A stretch of DNA of 64,000 nt. Origin: Mayamaea pseudoterrestris (Eukaryota). Position numbers and translations under genes: made by a program. The notes beneath the pieces are model-generated. The model was not told the origin of the DNA. It made no database searches and saw only the letters and a list, made by a program, of their open reading frames with translations. The stretch spans positions 434,001 to 498,000 of the forward strand of contig BROI01000003.1 in assembly GCA_027923505.1 (NCBI GenBank), given 5' to 3'. Below are positions 12,801 through 22,600 of the stretch, piece after piece (position 1 is the first letter of the stretch; each line of letters opens with the position of its first letter).

Positions 12801-15721
12801 GGCTACGCGCTTTACTCTTTCAGACCGAGATGTACCGTCATTTGTCGCATCCTGCCTTGGACGGCAAGTCTCCTATCGAGTTTATCACTGGGCAAGTCCC
12901 CGACGTGTCGAAGTATTTGCACTTCCGTTGGTTTGAAATTGTCAACTACTTTGTCAAGGATGTCGAGGCCCCGGGTACCCGCCAGCGCGCGGCGTACTGG
13001 CTTGGTCCCAACACGACGTGCGGAGACGACCTGACGTACTTCATCTGCGATTGCGAGACCCACGAGATCATGACGCATTCGGTTTGCTTACCACGAAACG
13101 ACCCCAAATTTTTGAACCTTCGCGTACCGGCACCTGCTTCCCCAGTCATGAAAGAAGGGGAGCCGCGTCTCTATACCGTACCTGGTCTAGGTGGCGAGAT
13201 CCTTATGCCGGAAATGATCAAGAAGATTACCGACGCCGACAGCAGAGACGATGATTCTTTCATTCCTGACGAAGACGATACCCCTTTGGTCGAGACGGTG
13301 GAATACCCGGAAGACAACGATATGACCGACGGGGAGGAAGATCCGAATCCTGCCGATGACGACGACGACAAGCCGAAGAAGAAGAACATCAATCCGTGGC
13401 GCAAACTCCCGAAGTATGCACCCGATGAACTTATCGGCAAGTCGTTTCTCATGAAGACGGACGACGGGCAAGAAGTTCGAGCGACCGTCATGAGCAAGCT
13501 GAACAACCGCGACGCCCAGAACCATCAGAACATTAAAATGATGCTGAAGCTTGGTAACGGCGAGGCGGACGAAGTCATGTCCTATGTCGAGGTCTCCGAT
13601 CTCTACGAGGCCGAAGTGAACCAAGACATGGCGAATCCTGAGCGTAAATGGTTCTTCAAGGAGATCCTAGACCATCAGGGTCCGCTGACGAGCAAGTCGA
13701 AGAACTGGAAGCACTCCAAGTGGAACGTCCTTGTACAATGGGACGATGGATCCAAGACTTGGGAGCCTCTCAACGCGATGATCGAAAGCGACAAAGTATC
13801 AGTGGCAGCCTACGCGCAAAAGCATAATCTTCTCGACAAGGACGGATGGGCATCGTTGAATCGATGGGCCCGGAACGCCAAGAAGGTTGCGCGCAAGGTG
13901 GCGACCGCCCGAATGGAGCAGCAGAAGAACGGACCGCGCTACAAGTTTGGAGTCCAAGTACCCAGAGACTGGAAGGAAGCGCGTCGTCTACAAGAAGCTG
14001 CAGGGCACACGAAGTGGACGGATGCGGAAGGCGTGGAGCTAGCGAACCTGGACGAGTACGAGACGTTTCAAGATCTCGGTCCGAGTTCCACCACAACACC
14101 ACTAACTGGTTACCAAAAGATCCGAGTCCATTTTGTGTACGATGCGGTACAAGATCGGTACGCCGGCGGGCGTCTCGCAGGTGGCAACACGAGAGACGAC
14201 GATGCCTACTCCAGTGTTATCTCATTGAAGGCAATGCGTCTGGCTCTCGTCATTGGAGAAGCGAACGGCAAGAAGTGCATGGTCGGTGACATTGGGAATG
14301 CTTATCTCGAAGCGTTCACCAAGGAGAAGGTATACTTCGTTGGAGGCCCCGAGTTTGGGGAGCGCGAAGGACACATCCTGGTCATCGTCAAGGCTTTGTA
14401 CGGATTGCGAACGAGCGGAGCACGATTTCACGAACGCTTAGCCGACGCCCTACTTGCGGAAGGGTGGAAGCCGTCCTATTGCGATTCCGATCTGTGGATC
14501 AAGGATGCCGGCGACAGCTACGACTACCTCTGTGTATGGGTCGACGATCTGTTGAATATTTCAGACGATCCAGCAGCGTTCTTCAAGATGCTAGAGGAAA
14601 AGTACAAGTTTAAGCTGAAAGGTGTTGGACATCCCGAGTATCATCTCGGCGGTGACTTTGGACGAGACCCTGACGGAACCCTTTACTGGTCGGCCAAGAC
14701 CTACGTTGCGAAACTCTTGGCGCAGTACGAGCGTTTGTTTGAAGGTCCTCCGAAGAAGTATTCATCACCAATCGACAAAGACGATCATCCAGAACTTGAC
14801 CAAAGCGAGCTACTGAACAACCAAGAGAAGAAGATTTACCAATCTCTAGTCGGAGCACTTCAGTGGGCGATTACTTTGGGACGATTTGACATTGCCGTAG
14901 CAGTTGTGAGTCTGTCGCGATTCCGTGTGGAGCCGCGCAAGGGACACCTGCAGCGGATGAAGCGAGTCTGTGGATATTTACGAGAGTTACCGGACGCAGC
15001 AATCCATTTCCGCACGAAGTGGCCAGCCAACGAGGAGCACTTCGGCACCATGGAGGAACAAGATTGGGAGCGCAGCGTTTACGGGAAGGACGGAGTTGAT
15101 GAGATGTTGGACGTCTACCCACCGCCAAAGGGTGTGACCGTACGAACATCAACTTTCGAGGATGCGTGTCTCATGCATTGCATGGTGACAGGCAAGTCAT
15201 TGGAAGGAGTTTTGTCATTTGTCAACCAGACGCCTGTCGACTGGCATTGCAAACTCCAGGCTACAGTCGAGACTGCGACCTTCGGATCGGAATTCGGAGT
15301 AGCAAAGAGTGGAACGGATATCAGCATTTCTCTACGCGCGTCGCTCATGGCTATGGGCGTACCATTGGAGAAGTCTGCCTGGATGTACGGAGACAACCAA
15401 GCAGTGATTACGCAATCTACAATCCCGAGTTCGACATTGTCCAAGCGACACAATGCGTTGGCCTACCATCGTGTTCGTTGGGCAGTTGCTGCGGGGATTA
15501 TCAAGTTTGTGAAGATTGACGGAAAGGAGAACATTGCGGACGTACTGACGAAGTACCTGCCGTACTGTGATGCAATGCCATTGCTCAAGCCAGTATTGTT
15601 TTGGCGCGGCGATACATCGTATGCGATTGTGAAGGACAAGAATGCGGCTACGACGAGCAGCGTACCCGAGGGGAGTGACAAGTCGCAGAGCGGCGAAGTC
15701 AAGAGCCCGAACCCTAATTAG
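9866..15721 (+). CDS. Copia gag-pol polyprotein, 1951 aa (gag with RGG tract, protease, DDE integrase, chromo-like domain, RT, RNase H)
   Basis: Protease VDRGASGG (~11520). Integrase HDTMF / SDNAKE / NPAER (12420-12735). Chromo-like WFFKEILDH..WNVLVQWDDGSKTWEPL (13649-13771). RT GDIGNAYL, KALYGLRTSG, VWVDDLL. RNase H ETATFGSEF, GDNQAVI, NIADVLTK. The stop codon lies inside the 3' LTR. Confidence 0.96.
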   Translation: MATIDVTTYKRVVGKVFDIPWLAASAAWDPNDPTAVCFEQEELTTAEAMAELSEQDVTNIKTQYQWSTIRTSRLRKLMSWIHEQRRTTAQWQDLEKDQITSRDLPVAPGSPTAGNRSFGDFSVIGGNDTTTKRHDIKLDLKTMLELKNDRKFCSYWRAFKNRMRSERLGYFWDDEFKAPAALDPEFAKYKYQCSKLLAALEYTCKTPQSKLIVRKHIDSANASACIAELEATFLDGMARKLDLRTAEDEWRNYTLDASYAKSLVNWLIQWSSKEENYNDYAEETELLTASTKRQILERAVFRHADMAAAVNMALIEESKTGNPMAYTQFWNLLNDVARQSDNRRGIKETEKRQANQSEQTKKEKEKTKKASMNNSQSTPSSSNNQQSNQGGGGRGDLSTGRGGGSGRGRGDTRTYVRSYADTKTIEIPSDVNATIPPNTWRLLTRDQQHEVFERRGTSRAASAAGGSTSATQAGTMQTTSTTRNANVAATSSAATTASAATERVNNTSRGSAMQSFLGPDQPTTTTRGANIAQSRKYKVASIDLDKHSASTVDRGASGGVWGADGRILTEDKFHKIEVTGVGGLKLPDLSTVTAVAKLKSTKGWVVGEFHNYAYSGTGKTIHSSMQMEAFGLHVNDKHYNFGGKLRIETPDGYKFMLGMESGMATLPMFPVSAHELHTLPRVMMTFDGPWDPNEFDVEPTEDDDYDSSDDDDDEDDVPDLLSRDEDDEDSDDEEGFTRVTRSRTRNRTHRQSNVTYTNLGHDNQPVYTKKELNVCAVVQKYNADLVYQPYKSILPKKPDIDALLPNFAWYPAQTIKDTLRHSTQFNMHERRYPPRMHRKSRFLNVYRLDDRVAHDTMFFDEPAMDDHIDGHAGCTCVQLFYGCRSQIIVVYPMRTKGDVPKRFRDFIREFAAPLEVFSDNAKEAMSAEFDEVMREFMIRRRHTSEPYYQNQNPAERIIGHVKESHERLMDRTGTPACFWLRALLFQTEMYRHLSHPALDGKSPIEFITGQVPDVSKYLHFRWFEIVNYFVKDVEAPGTRQRAAYWLGPNTTCGDDLTYFICDCETHEIMTHSVCLPRNDPKFLNLRVPAPASPVMKEGEPRLYTVPGLGGEILMPEMIKKITDADSRDDDSFIPDEDDTPLVETVEYPEDNDMTDGEEDPNPADDDDDKPKKKNINPWRKLPKYAPDELIGKSFLMKTDDGQEVRATVMSKLNNRDAQNHQNIKMMLKLGNGEADEVMSYVEVSDLYEAEVNQDMANPERKWFFKEILDHQGPLTSKSKNWKHSKWNVLVQWDDGSKTWEPLNAMIESDKVSVAAYAQKHNLLDKDGWASLNRWARNAKKVARKVATARMEQQKNGPRYKFGVQVPRDWKEARRLQEAAGHTKWTDAEGVELANLDEYETFQDLGPSSTTTPLTGYQKIRVHFVYDAVQDRYAGGRLAGGNTRDDDAYSSVISLKAMRLALVIGEANGKKCMVGDIGNAYLEAFTKEKVYFVGGPEFGEREGHILVIVKALYGLRTSGARFHERLADALLAEGWKPSYCDSDLWIKDAGDSYDYLCVWVDDLLNISDDPAAFFKMLEEKYKFKLKGVGHPEYHLGGDFGRDPDGTLYWSAKTYVAKLLAQYERLFEGPPKKYSSPIDKDDHPELDQSELLNNQEKKIYQSLVGALQWAITLGRFDIAVAVVSLSRFRVEPRKGHLQRMKRVCGYLRELPDAAIHFRTKWPANEEHFGTMEEQDWERSVYGKDGVDEMLDVYPPPKGVTVRTSTFEDACLMHCMVTGKSLEGVLSFVNQTPVDWHCKLQATVETATFGSEFGVAKSGTDISISLRASLMAMGVPLEKSAWMYGDNQAVITQSTIPSSTLSKRHNALAYHRVRWAVAAGIIKFVKIDGKENIADVLTKYLPYCDAMPLLKPVLFWRGDTSYAIVKDKNAATTSSVPEGSDKSQSGEVKSPNPN
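15668..15675 (+). other. Polypurine tract GAGGGGAG
   Basis: Purine-only run directly abutting the TG of the 3' LTR. Confidence 0.85.
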
Positions 15722-16070
15722 CTTGTGTTGAGTCCGCAGCTGTCGTATGTGACATGTGACTGAAGAAAGTGCGCAACCGTCGTGTGGATGCGTTGTATGA
15801 ATGGAACGACCAGTTACGACTGATGTAATGTGATTGAAAGAAATGGATTGATCGGATGATCTTCCGAGTGGTCGATGTAGCGATGTAGCGATAAGCTCAC
15901 AATATAGAACTACTAGTTTGCGACGAGAGTGCAGTCGTATTCGTGTAGTGGCGAGCGCAAGACTATTCGACGAGCCATCTCCATCAAGAGCTGTACAGAC
16001 CGTGGCCAAGGACCCTGTATCGGAGCTTTTTGGAGGTAAGACGTTGACTGCGAAATCGTCAACGGTGTTA
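15676..16070 (+). repeat. 3' LTR
   Basis: Direct repeat of 9374-9768 (offset 6302). Confidence 0.96.
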
Positions 16071-16075
16071 GTTCC

Positions 16076-16600
16076 AACTTGGAGGGTCATCAAGTGCAAC
16101 GCTGGAACAGTGAGGACGAACATGATGGGCGACCTGGAGGGCTACGGGCCAGTGTGGTGGTATCCGCAGGGACTGGCAAACATTTTGAGTTTGGCGCAAG
16201 TCTGGAAGAAGTTCATGGTGGAGTATTTCAAGCTGGGCGTGGAGCGTCCAAAGTTTGTGGTGGTGAAGCCGAGTAGGCTAAGTACGCCAGAGTCGGACTG
16301 ACTCTGGGCTGTATGTTGACAATCTTTTCAAAAGGCAAGCGCGACATCAAGGATGCCATGGTGATGGTGACTACGGTAGACAATAACCTCAACTACACCA
16401 ATAATGACATTTACGCTGCTTAACGCTAGGGAATTGCAAATTAAAATTGGACGGCCGAGCCTCAAGGATTACCTGCGCACATGTCGTTGCCAAACTGTCC
16501 CGTGATGAAGGCTGACATCATGGCTGCTGACACATCTTCGGGCCAGATGTTGGTTCATTGCAAGGAAAGTTGACGCGTCGCGCCCGCACCTGGTGAACCC
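16076..16600 (+). pseudogene. Older copia element, 3' continuation (protease to pre-integrase region), truncated at satellite B
   Basis: Removing the insertion and one TSD restores ICPVP-TWRVIKCNAG..MGDLEGYGPVWWYPQGLANILSLAQV in frame. Frameshifted ARELQIKIGRPS, LPNCPV and IFGPDVGSLQGKLTR follow. Confidence 0.85.
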
Positions 16601-16611
16601 TGCGATCCCTG

Positions 16612-19600
16612 TGAGCAGCTTCCAACTCAATCATGAGTCCGCTACAACATTTATGCTGGCATTATGTGTATCACAAGGTCCCTATGTTGGTGACACTGTC
16701 TCCCACAGTATTCATTTTGCTACAGATGAGGCTGATTCAAAATTCAAACCACCCCAACAGCAGGCCATGTATACACCCAAATGACACCAGAATGGTGCCA
16801 ACATCCTTATTTAGGCTGCGCTACAAGATGGTATGCCTGGCTGGTGTCTCAGGGGATGGCAATGTATTTGGTGACAACTTGTCACCAGTCTCAGCCCGCA
16901 GATGCCTTGACATTCAAATGCCCCTACAGCAGGCCATGTATACACCCAAATAACACCAGAATGGTGTCAACATCATTATTTAGGCTGTGCTACAAGATGG
17001 TATGCCTGTCTGGTGTCTCAGGGAACGGCAATGTATTTGGTGACAACTTGTCACCAGTCTCAGCCCACAGATGCCTTGACATTCAAATGCCCCTACAGCA
17101 GGCCATGCATACACCCAAATGACACCAGAATGGTGCCAACCTCATTATTAAGGCAGCGCTACAAGATGGTATGCCTGGCTGGTGTCTCAGGGGACTGCAA
17201 TGTATTTGGTGACAACTTGTCACCAATCTCAGCCCGCAGATGCCATGACATTCAAATGCCCCTACAGCAGGCCATGTATACACCCAAATGACACCAGAAT
17301 GGTGCCAACATCATTATTCAGGCCGCGCTACAAGATGGTATGCCTGGCTTGTGTCTCAGGGGACTGCAATGTATTTGGTGACAACTTGTCACCAGTCTCA
17401 TCCCGCAGATGCCTTGACATTCAAACGCCCCTGCAGCAGGCCATGTATACACCCAAATGACACCAGAATGGCGCCAACATCATTATTTAGGCTGCGCTAC
17501 AAGATGGTATGCCTGGCTGGTGTCTCAGGGGACTGCAATGTATTTGGTGACAACTTGTCACCAGTCTCATCCCGCAGATGCCTTGACATTCAAACGCCCC
17601 TGCAGCAGGCCATGTATACACCCAAATGACACCAGAATGGCGCCAACATCATTATTTAGGCTGCGCTACAAGATGGTATGCCTGGCTGGTGTCTCAGAGG
17701 ACTGCAATGTATTTGGTGACAACTTGTCACCAGTCTCCGCCTACAGATTCCTTAACATTCAAACGCCCCAACAGCAGGCCATGTATACACCCAAATGACA
17801 CCAGAATGGAGCCAACATCATTATTCCGGCTGCACTACAAGATGGTATGCCTGGCTGGTGTCTCAGGGGATGGCAATGTATTTGGTGACAACTTGTCACC
17901 AGTCTCCGCCTGCAGATTCCTTGACATTCAAATGCCCCTACAGCAGGCCATGTATGCCACCAAATGACACCAGAATGGTGCCAACATCATTATTGAGGCT
18001 GCGCTAGAAGATGATATGCCTGGCTGGTGTCTCAGGGGATGGCAATGTATTTGGTGACAACTTGTCACCAGTCTCAGCCGGCAGATGCCTTGACATTCAA
18101 ACGCCCCTACAGCAGGCCATGTATACACCCAAATGACACCAGAATGGCGCCAACATCATTATTGAGGCTGCGCTACAAGATGGTATGCCTGGCTGGTGTC
18201 TCAGGGGATGGCAATGTATTTGGTGACAACTTGTCACCAGTCTCAGCCCGCAGATGCCTTGACATTCAAATGCCCCTACAGCAGGCCATGTATACACCCA
18301 AATGACACCAGAATGGCGCCAACATCATTTTTTAGGCTGCGCTACAAGATGGTATGCCTGGCTGGTGTCTCAGGGGACGGCAATGTATTTAGTGACAACT
18401 TGTCACCAGTCTCTGCCCGCAGATTCCTTGACATTCAAATGCCCCTTCAGCAGGCCATGTATACACCCAAATGACACCAGAATGGTGCCAACATCATTAT
18501 TGAGGCTGCGCTACAAGACGCTACAGTGGCATGTTTTGGTGACAACTTGTCACCAGTCTCAGCCGGCAGATGCCTTGACATTCAAATGCCCCTACAGCAG
18601 GCCATGGATACACCCAAATGACACCAGAATGGCGCCAACATCATTATTTAGGCTGTGCTACAAGATGGTATGCCTGGCTGGTGTCTCAGGGGATGGCAAT
18701 GTATTTGGTGACAACTTGTCACCAGTCTCAGCCCGCAGATGCCTTGACATTCAAATGCCCCTACAGCAGGCCATGTATACACCCAAATAACACCAGAATG
18801 GTGTCAACATCATTATTTAGGCTGTGCTACAAGATGGTATGCCTGGCTGGTGTCTCAGGGAACGGCAATGTATTTGGTGACAACTTGTCACCAGTCTCAG
18901 CCCACAGATGCCATGACATTCAAATGCCCCTACAGCAGGCCATGTATACACCCAAATGACACCAGAATGGTGCCAACCTCATTATTCAGGCTGCGCTACA
19001 AGATGGTATGCCTGGCTGGTGTCTCAGGGGATGGCAATGTATTTGGTGACAACTTGTCACCAATCTCAGCCCGCAGATGCCATGACATTCAAATGCCCCC
19101 ACAGCAGGCCATGTATACACCCAAATGACACCGGAATGGTGCCAACATCATTATTCAGGCCGCGCTACAAGATGGTATGCCTGGCTTGTGTCTCAAGGGA
19201 CTGCAATGTATTTGGTGACAACTTGTCACCAGTCTCATCCCGCAGATGCCTTGACATTCAAACGCCCCTGCAGCAGGCCATGTATACACCCAAATGACAC
19301 CAGAATGGTGTCAACATCATTATTTAGGCTGCGCTACAAGATGGTATGCCTGGCTGGTGTCTCAGGGGACTGCAATGTATTTGGTGACAACTTGTCACCA
19401 GTCTCATCCCGCAGATGCCTTGACATTCAAACGCCCCTGCAGCAGGCCATGTATACACCCAAATGACACCAGAATGGCGCCAACATCATTTTTTAGGCTG
19501 CGCTACAAGATGGTATGCCTGGCTTGTGTCTCAGGGGACTGCAATGTATTTGGTGACAACTTGTCATCAGTCTCAGCCCGCAGATGCCTTGACATTCAAA

Positions 19601-22600
19601 TGCCCCTACAGCAGGCCATGTATGCACCCAAATGACACCGGAATGGTGCCAACATCATTATATAGGCTGTGCTACAAGATGGTATGCCTGGCTGGTGTCT
19701 CAGGGGACTGCAATGTATTTGGTGACAACTTGTCACCAGTCTCAGCCCGCAGATGCCTTGACATTCAAATGCCCCTACAGCAGGCCATGTATGCACCCAA
19801 ATGACACCGGAATGGCGCCAACATCATTTTTTAGGCTGCGCTACAAGATGGTATGCCTGGCTGGTGTCTCAGGGGACGGCAATGTATTTGGTGACAACTT
19901 GTCACCAGTCTCATCCCGCAGATGCCTTGACATTCAAACGCCCCTTCAGCAGGCCATGTATACACCCAAATGACACCAGAATGGCGCCAACATCATTATT
20001 GAGGCTGCGCTACAAGATGGTATGCCTGGCTGGGGTCTCAGGGGATGGCAATGTATTTGGTGACAACTTGTCACCAGTCTCAGCCGGCAGATGCCTTGAC
20101 ATTCAAATGCCCCTACAGCAGGCCATGGATACACCCAAATGACACCAGAATGGCGCCAACATCATTATTTAGGCTGCGCTACAAGATGGTATGCCTGGCT
20201 GGTGTCTCAGGGGATGGCAATGTATTTGGTGACAACTTGTCACCAGTCTCAGCCCGCAGATGCCTTGACATTCAAATGCCCCTACAGCAGGCCATGTATG
20301 CACCCAAATGACACCGGAATGGTGCCAACATCATTATATAGGCTGTGCTACAAGATGGTATGCCTGGCTGGTGTCTCAGGGGACTGCAATGTATTTGGTG
20401 ACAACTTGTCACCAGTCTCAGCCCGCAGATGCCTTGACATTCAAATGCCCCTACAGCAGGCCATGTATACACCCAAATGACACCAGAATGGTGCCAACAT
20501 CATTATTCAGGCTGCGCTACAAGATGGTATGCCTGGCTGGTGTCTCAGGGGACTGCAATGTATTTGGTGACAACTTGTTACCAATCTCAGCCCGCAGATG
20601 GCAGGACATTCAAATGCCCCTACAGCAGGCCATGTATACACCCAAATGACATCAGAATGGCGCCAACATCATTATTCAGGCCGCGATACAAGATGGTATG
20701 CCTGGCTTGTGTCTCAGGGGACTGCAATGTATTTGGTGACAACTTGTCACCAGGCTCATCCCGCAGATGCCTTGACATTCAAACGCCCCTGCAGCAGGCC
20801 ATGTATACACCCAAATGACACCAGAATGGCGCCAACATCATTATTTAGGCTGCGCTACAAGATGGTATGCCTGGCTGGTGTCTCAGGGGACTGCAATGTA
20901 TTTGGTGACAACTTGTCACCAGTCTCATCCCGCAGATGCCTTGACATTCAAACACCCCTGCAGCAGGCCATGTATACACCCAAATGACACCAGAATGGCG
21001 CCAACATCATTTTTTAGGCTGCGCTACAAGATGGTATGCCTGGCTTGTGTCTCAGGGGACTGCAATGTATTTGGTGACAACTTGTCATCAGTCTCAGCCC
21101 GCAGACGCCTTGACATTCAAATGCCCCTACAGCAGGCCATGTATACACCCAAATGACACCAGAATGGCGCCAACATCATTATTTAGGCTGTGCTACAAGA
21201 TGGTATGCCTGGCTGGTGTCTCAGGGAGCGGCAATGTATTTGGTGACAACTTGTCACCAATCTCAGCCCGCAGATGCCTTGACATTCAAATGCCCCTACA
21301 GCAGGCCATGTATACACCCAAATGACACCAGAATGGTGCCAACATCATTATTGGGGCTGCGCGACAAGATGGTATGCCTGGCTGGTGTCTCAGGGGATGG
21401 CAATGTATTTGGTGACAACTTGTCACCAGTCTCAGCCCACAGATGCCTTAATATCAAATGCCCCTACAGCAGGCCATGTATACACTCAAATGACACCAGA
21501 ATGGTGCCAACATCATAATTTAGGCTGCGCTACAAGATGGTATGCCTGGCTGGTGTCTCAGGGGATGGCAATGTATTTGGTGACAACTTGTCACCAGTCT
21601 CAGCCCGCAGATGCCTTGACATTCAAATGCCCCTACAGCAGGCCATGTATACACCCAAATGACACCAGAATGGCGCCAACATCATTATTTAGGCTGCGCT
21701 ACAAGATGGTATGCCTGGCTGGTGTCTCAGGGGACGGCAATGTATTTAGTGACAACTTGTCACCAGTCTCTGCCCGCAGATTCCTTGACATTCAAATGCC
21801 CCTTCAGCAGGCCATGTATACACCCAAATGACACCAGAATGGTGCCAACATCATTATTGAGGCTGCGCTACAAGATGGTATGCCTGGCTGGGGTCTCAGG
21901 GGATGGCAATGTATTTGGTGACAACTTGTCACCAGTCTCAGCCGGCAGATGCCTTGACATTCAAATGCCCCTACAGCAGGCCATGTATACACCCAAATGA
22001 CACCAGAATGGCGCCAACATCATTATTTAGGCTGCGCTACAAGATGGTATGCCTGGCTGGTGTCTCAGGGGACGGCTGTTTGGTGACAACTTTCTCAGCC
22101 CTTCTGACCCCCAGCTCAGTGGGTGCCCCGCAGATGCCGGACATTCAAACGGCCCTACAGCATGGCCATGTATACACCATTCACCAGAATGGAACACATG
22201 TACACCCCGAAGGGCCCTCTTTTGCTGCGCTACAGATGGTATGCCTGGCTGGTGTCTCAGGGAACTGCAATGTATTTGGTGACAACTTGTCACCAGTCTC
22301 AGCCTCCAGATGCTTGACATTCAAACGCCCCTTCAGCAGGCCATGTATACACCCAAATGACACCAGATGCCAATCATTATACAGTCTGCACTACAAGATG
22401 GTATGCCTGGCTGGTGTCTCAGGGGATGGCAATGTATTTGGTGACAACTTATCACCATCTCAGCCCGCAGACCTCATCAAATGCCCCAAGAGACAGTCCA
22501 TACACCCCAATGACACCAGAATGGCGCCAACATCATTATGGAGGCTGCGCTACAAGATGGTATGCCTGGCTGGTGTCTCAGGGAGCGGCAATGTATTTGG

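Larger units (their letters stand above)
9374..16070 (+). mobile_element. Full-length Ty1/copia LTR retrotransposon (diatom CoDi-like), 6697 bp
   Basis: Two 395-bp direct repeats, a 5-bp TSD, a single gag-PR-INT-RT-RH ORF (integrase before RT = copia order) and a purine tract before the 3' LTR. Confidence 0.97.
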
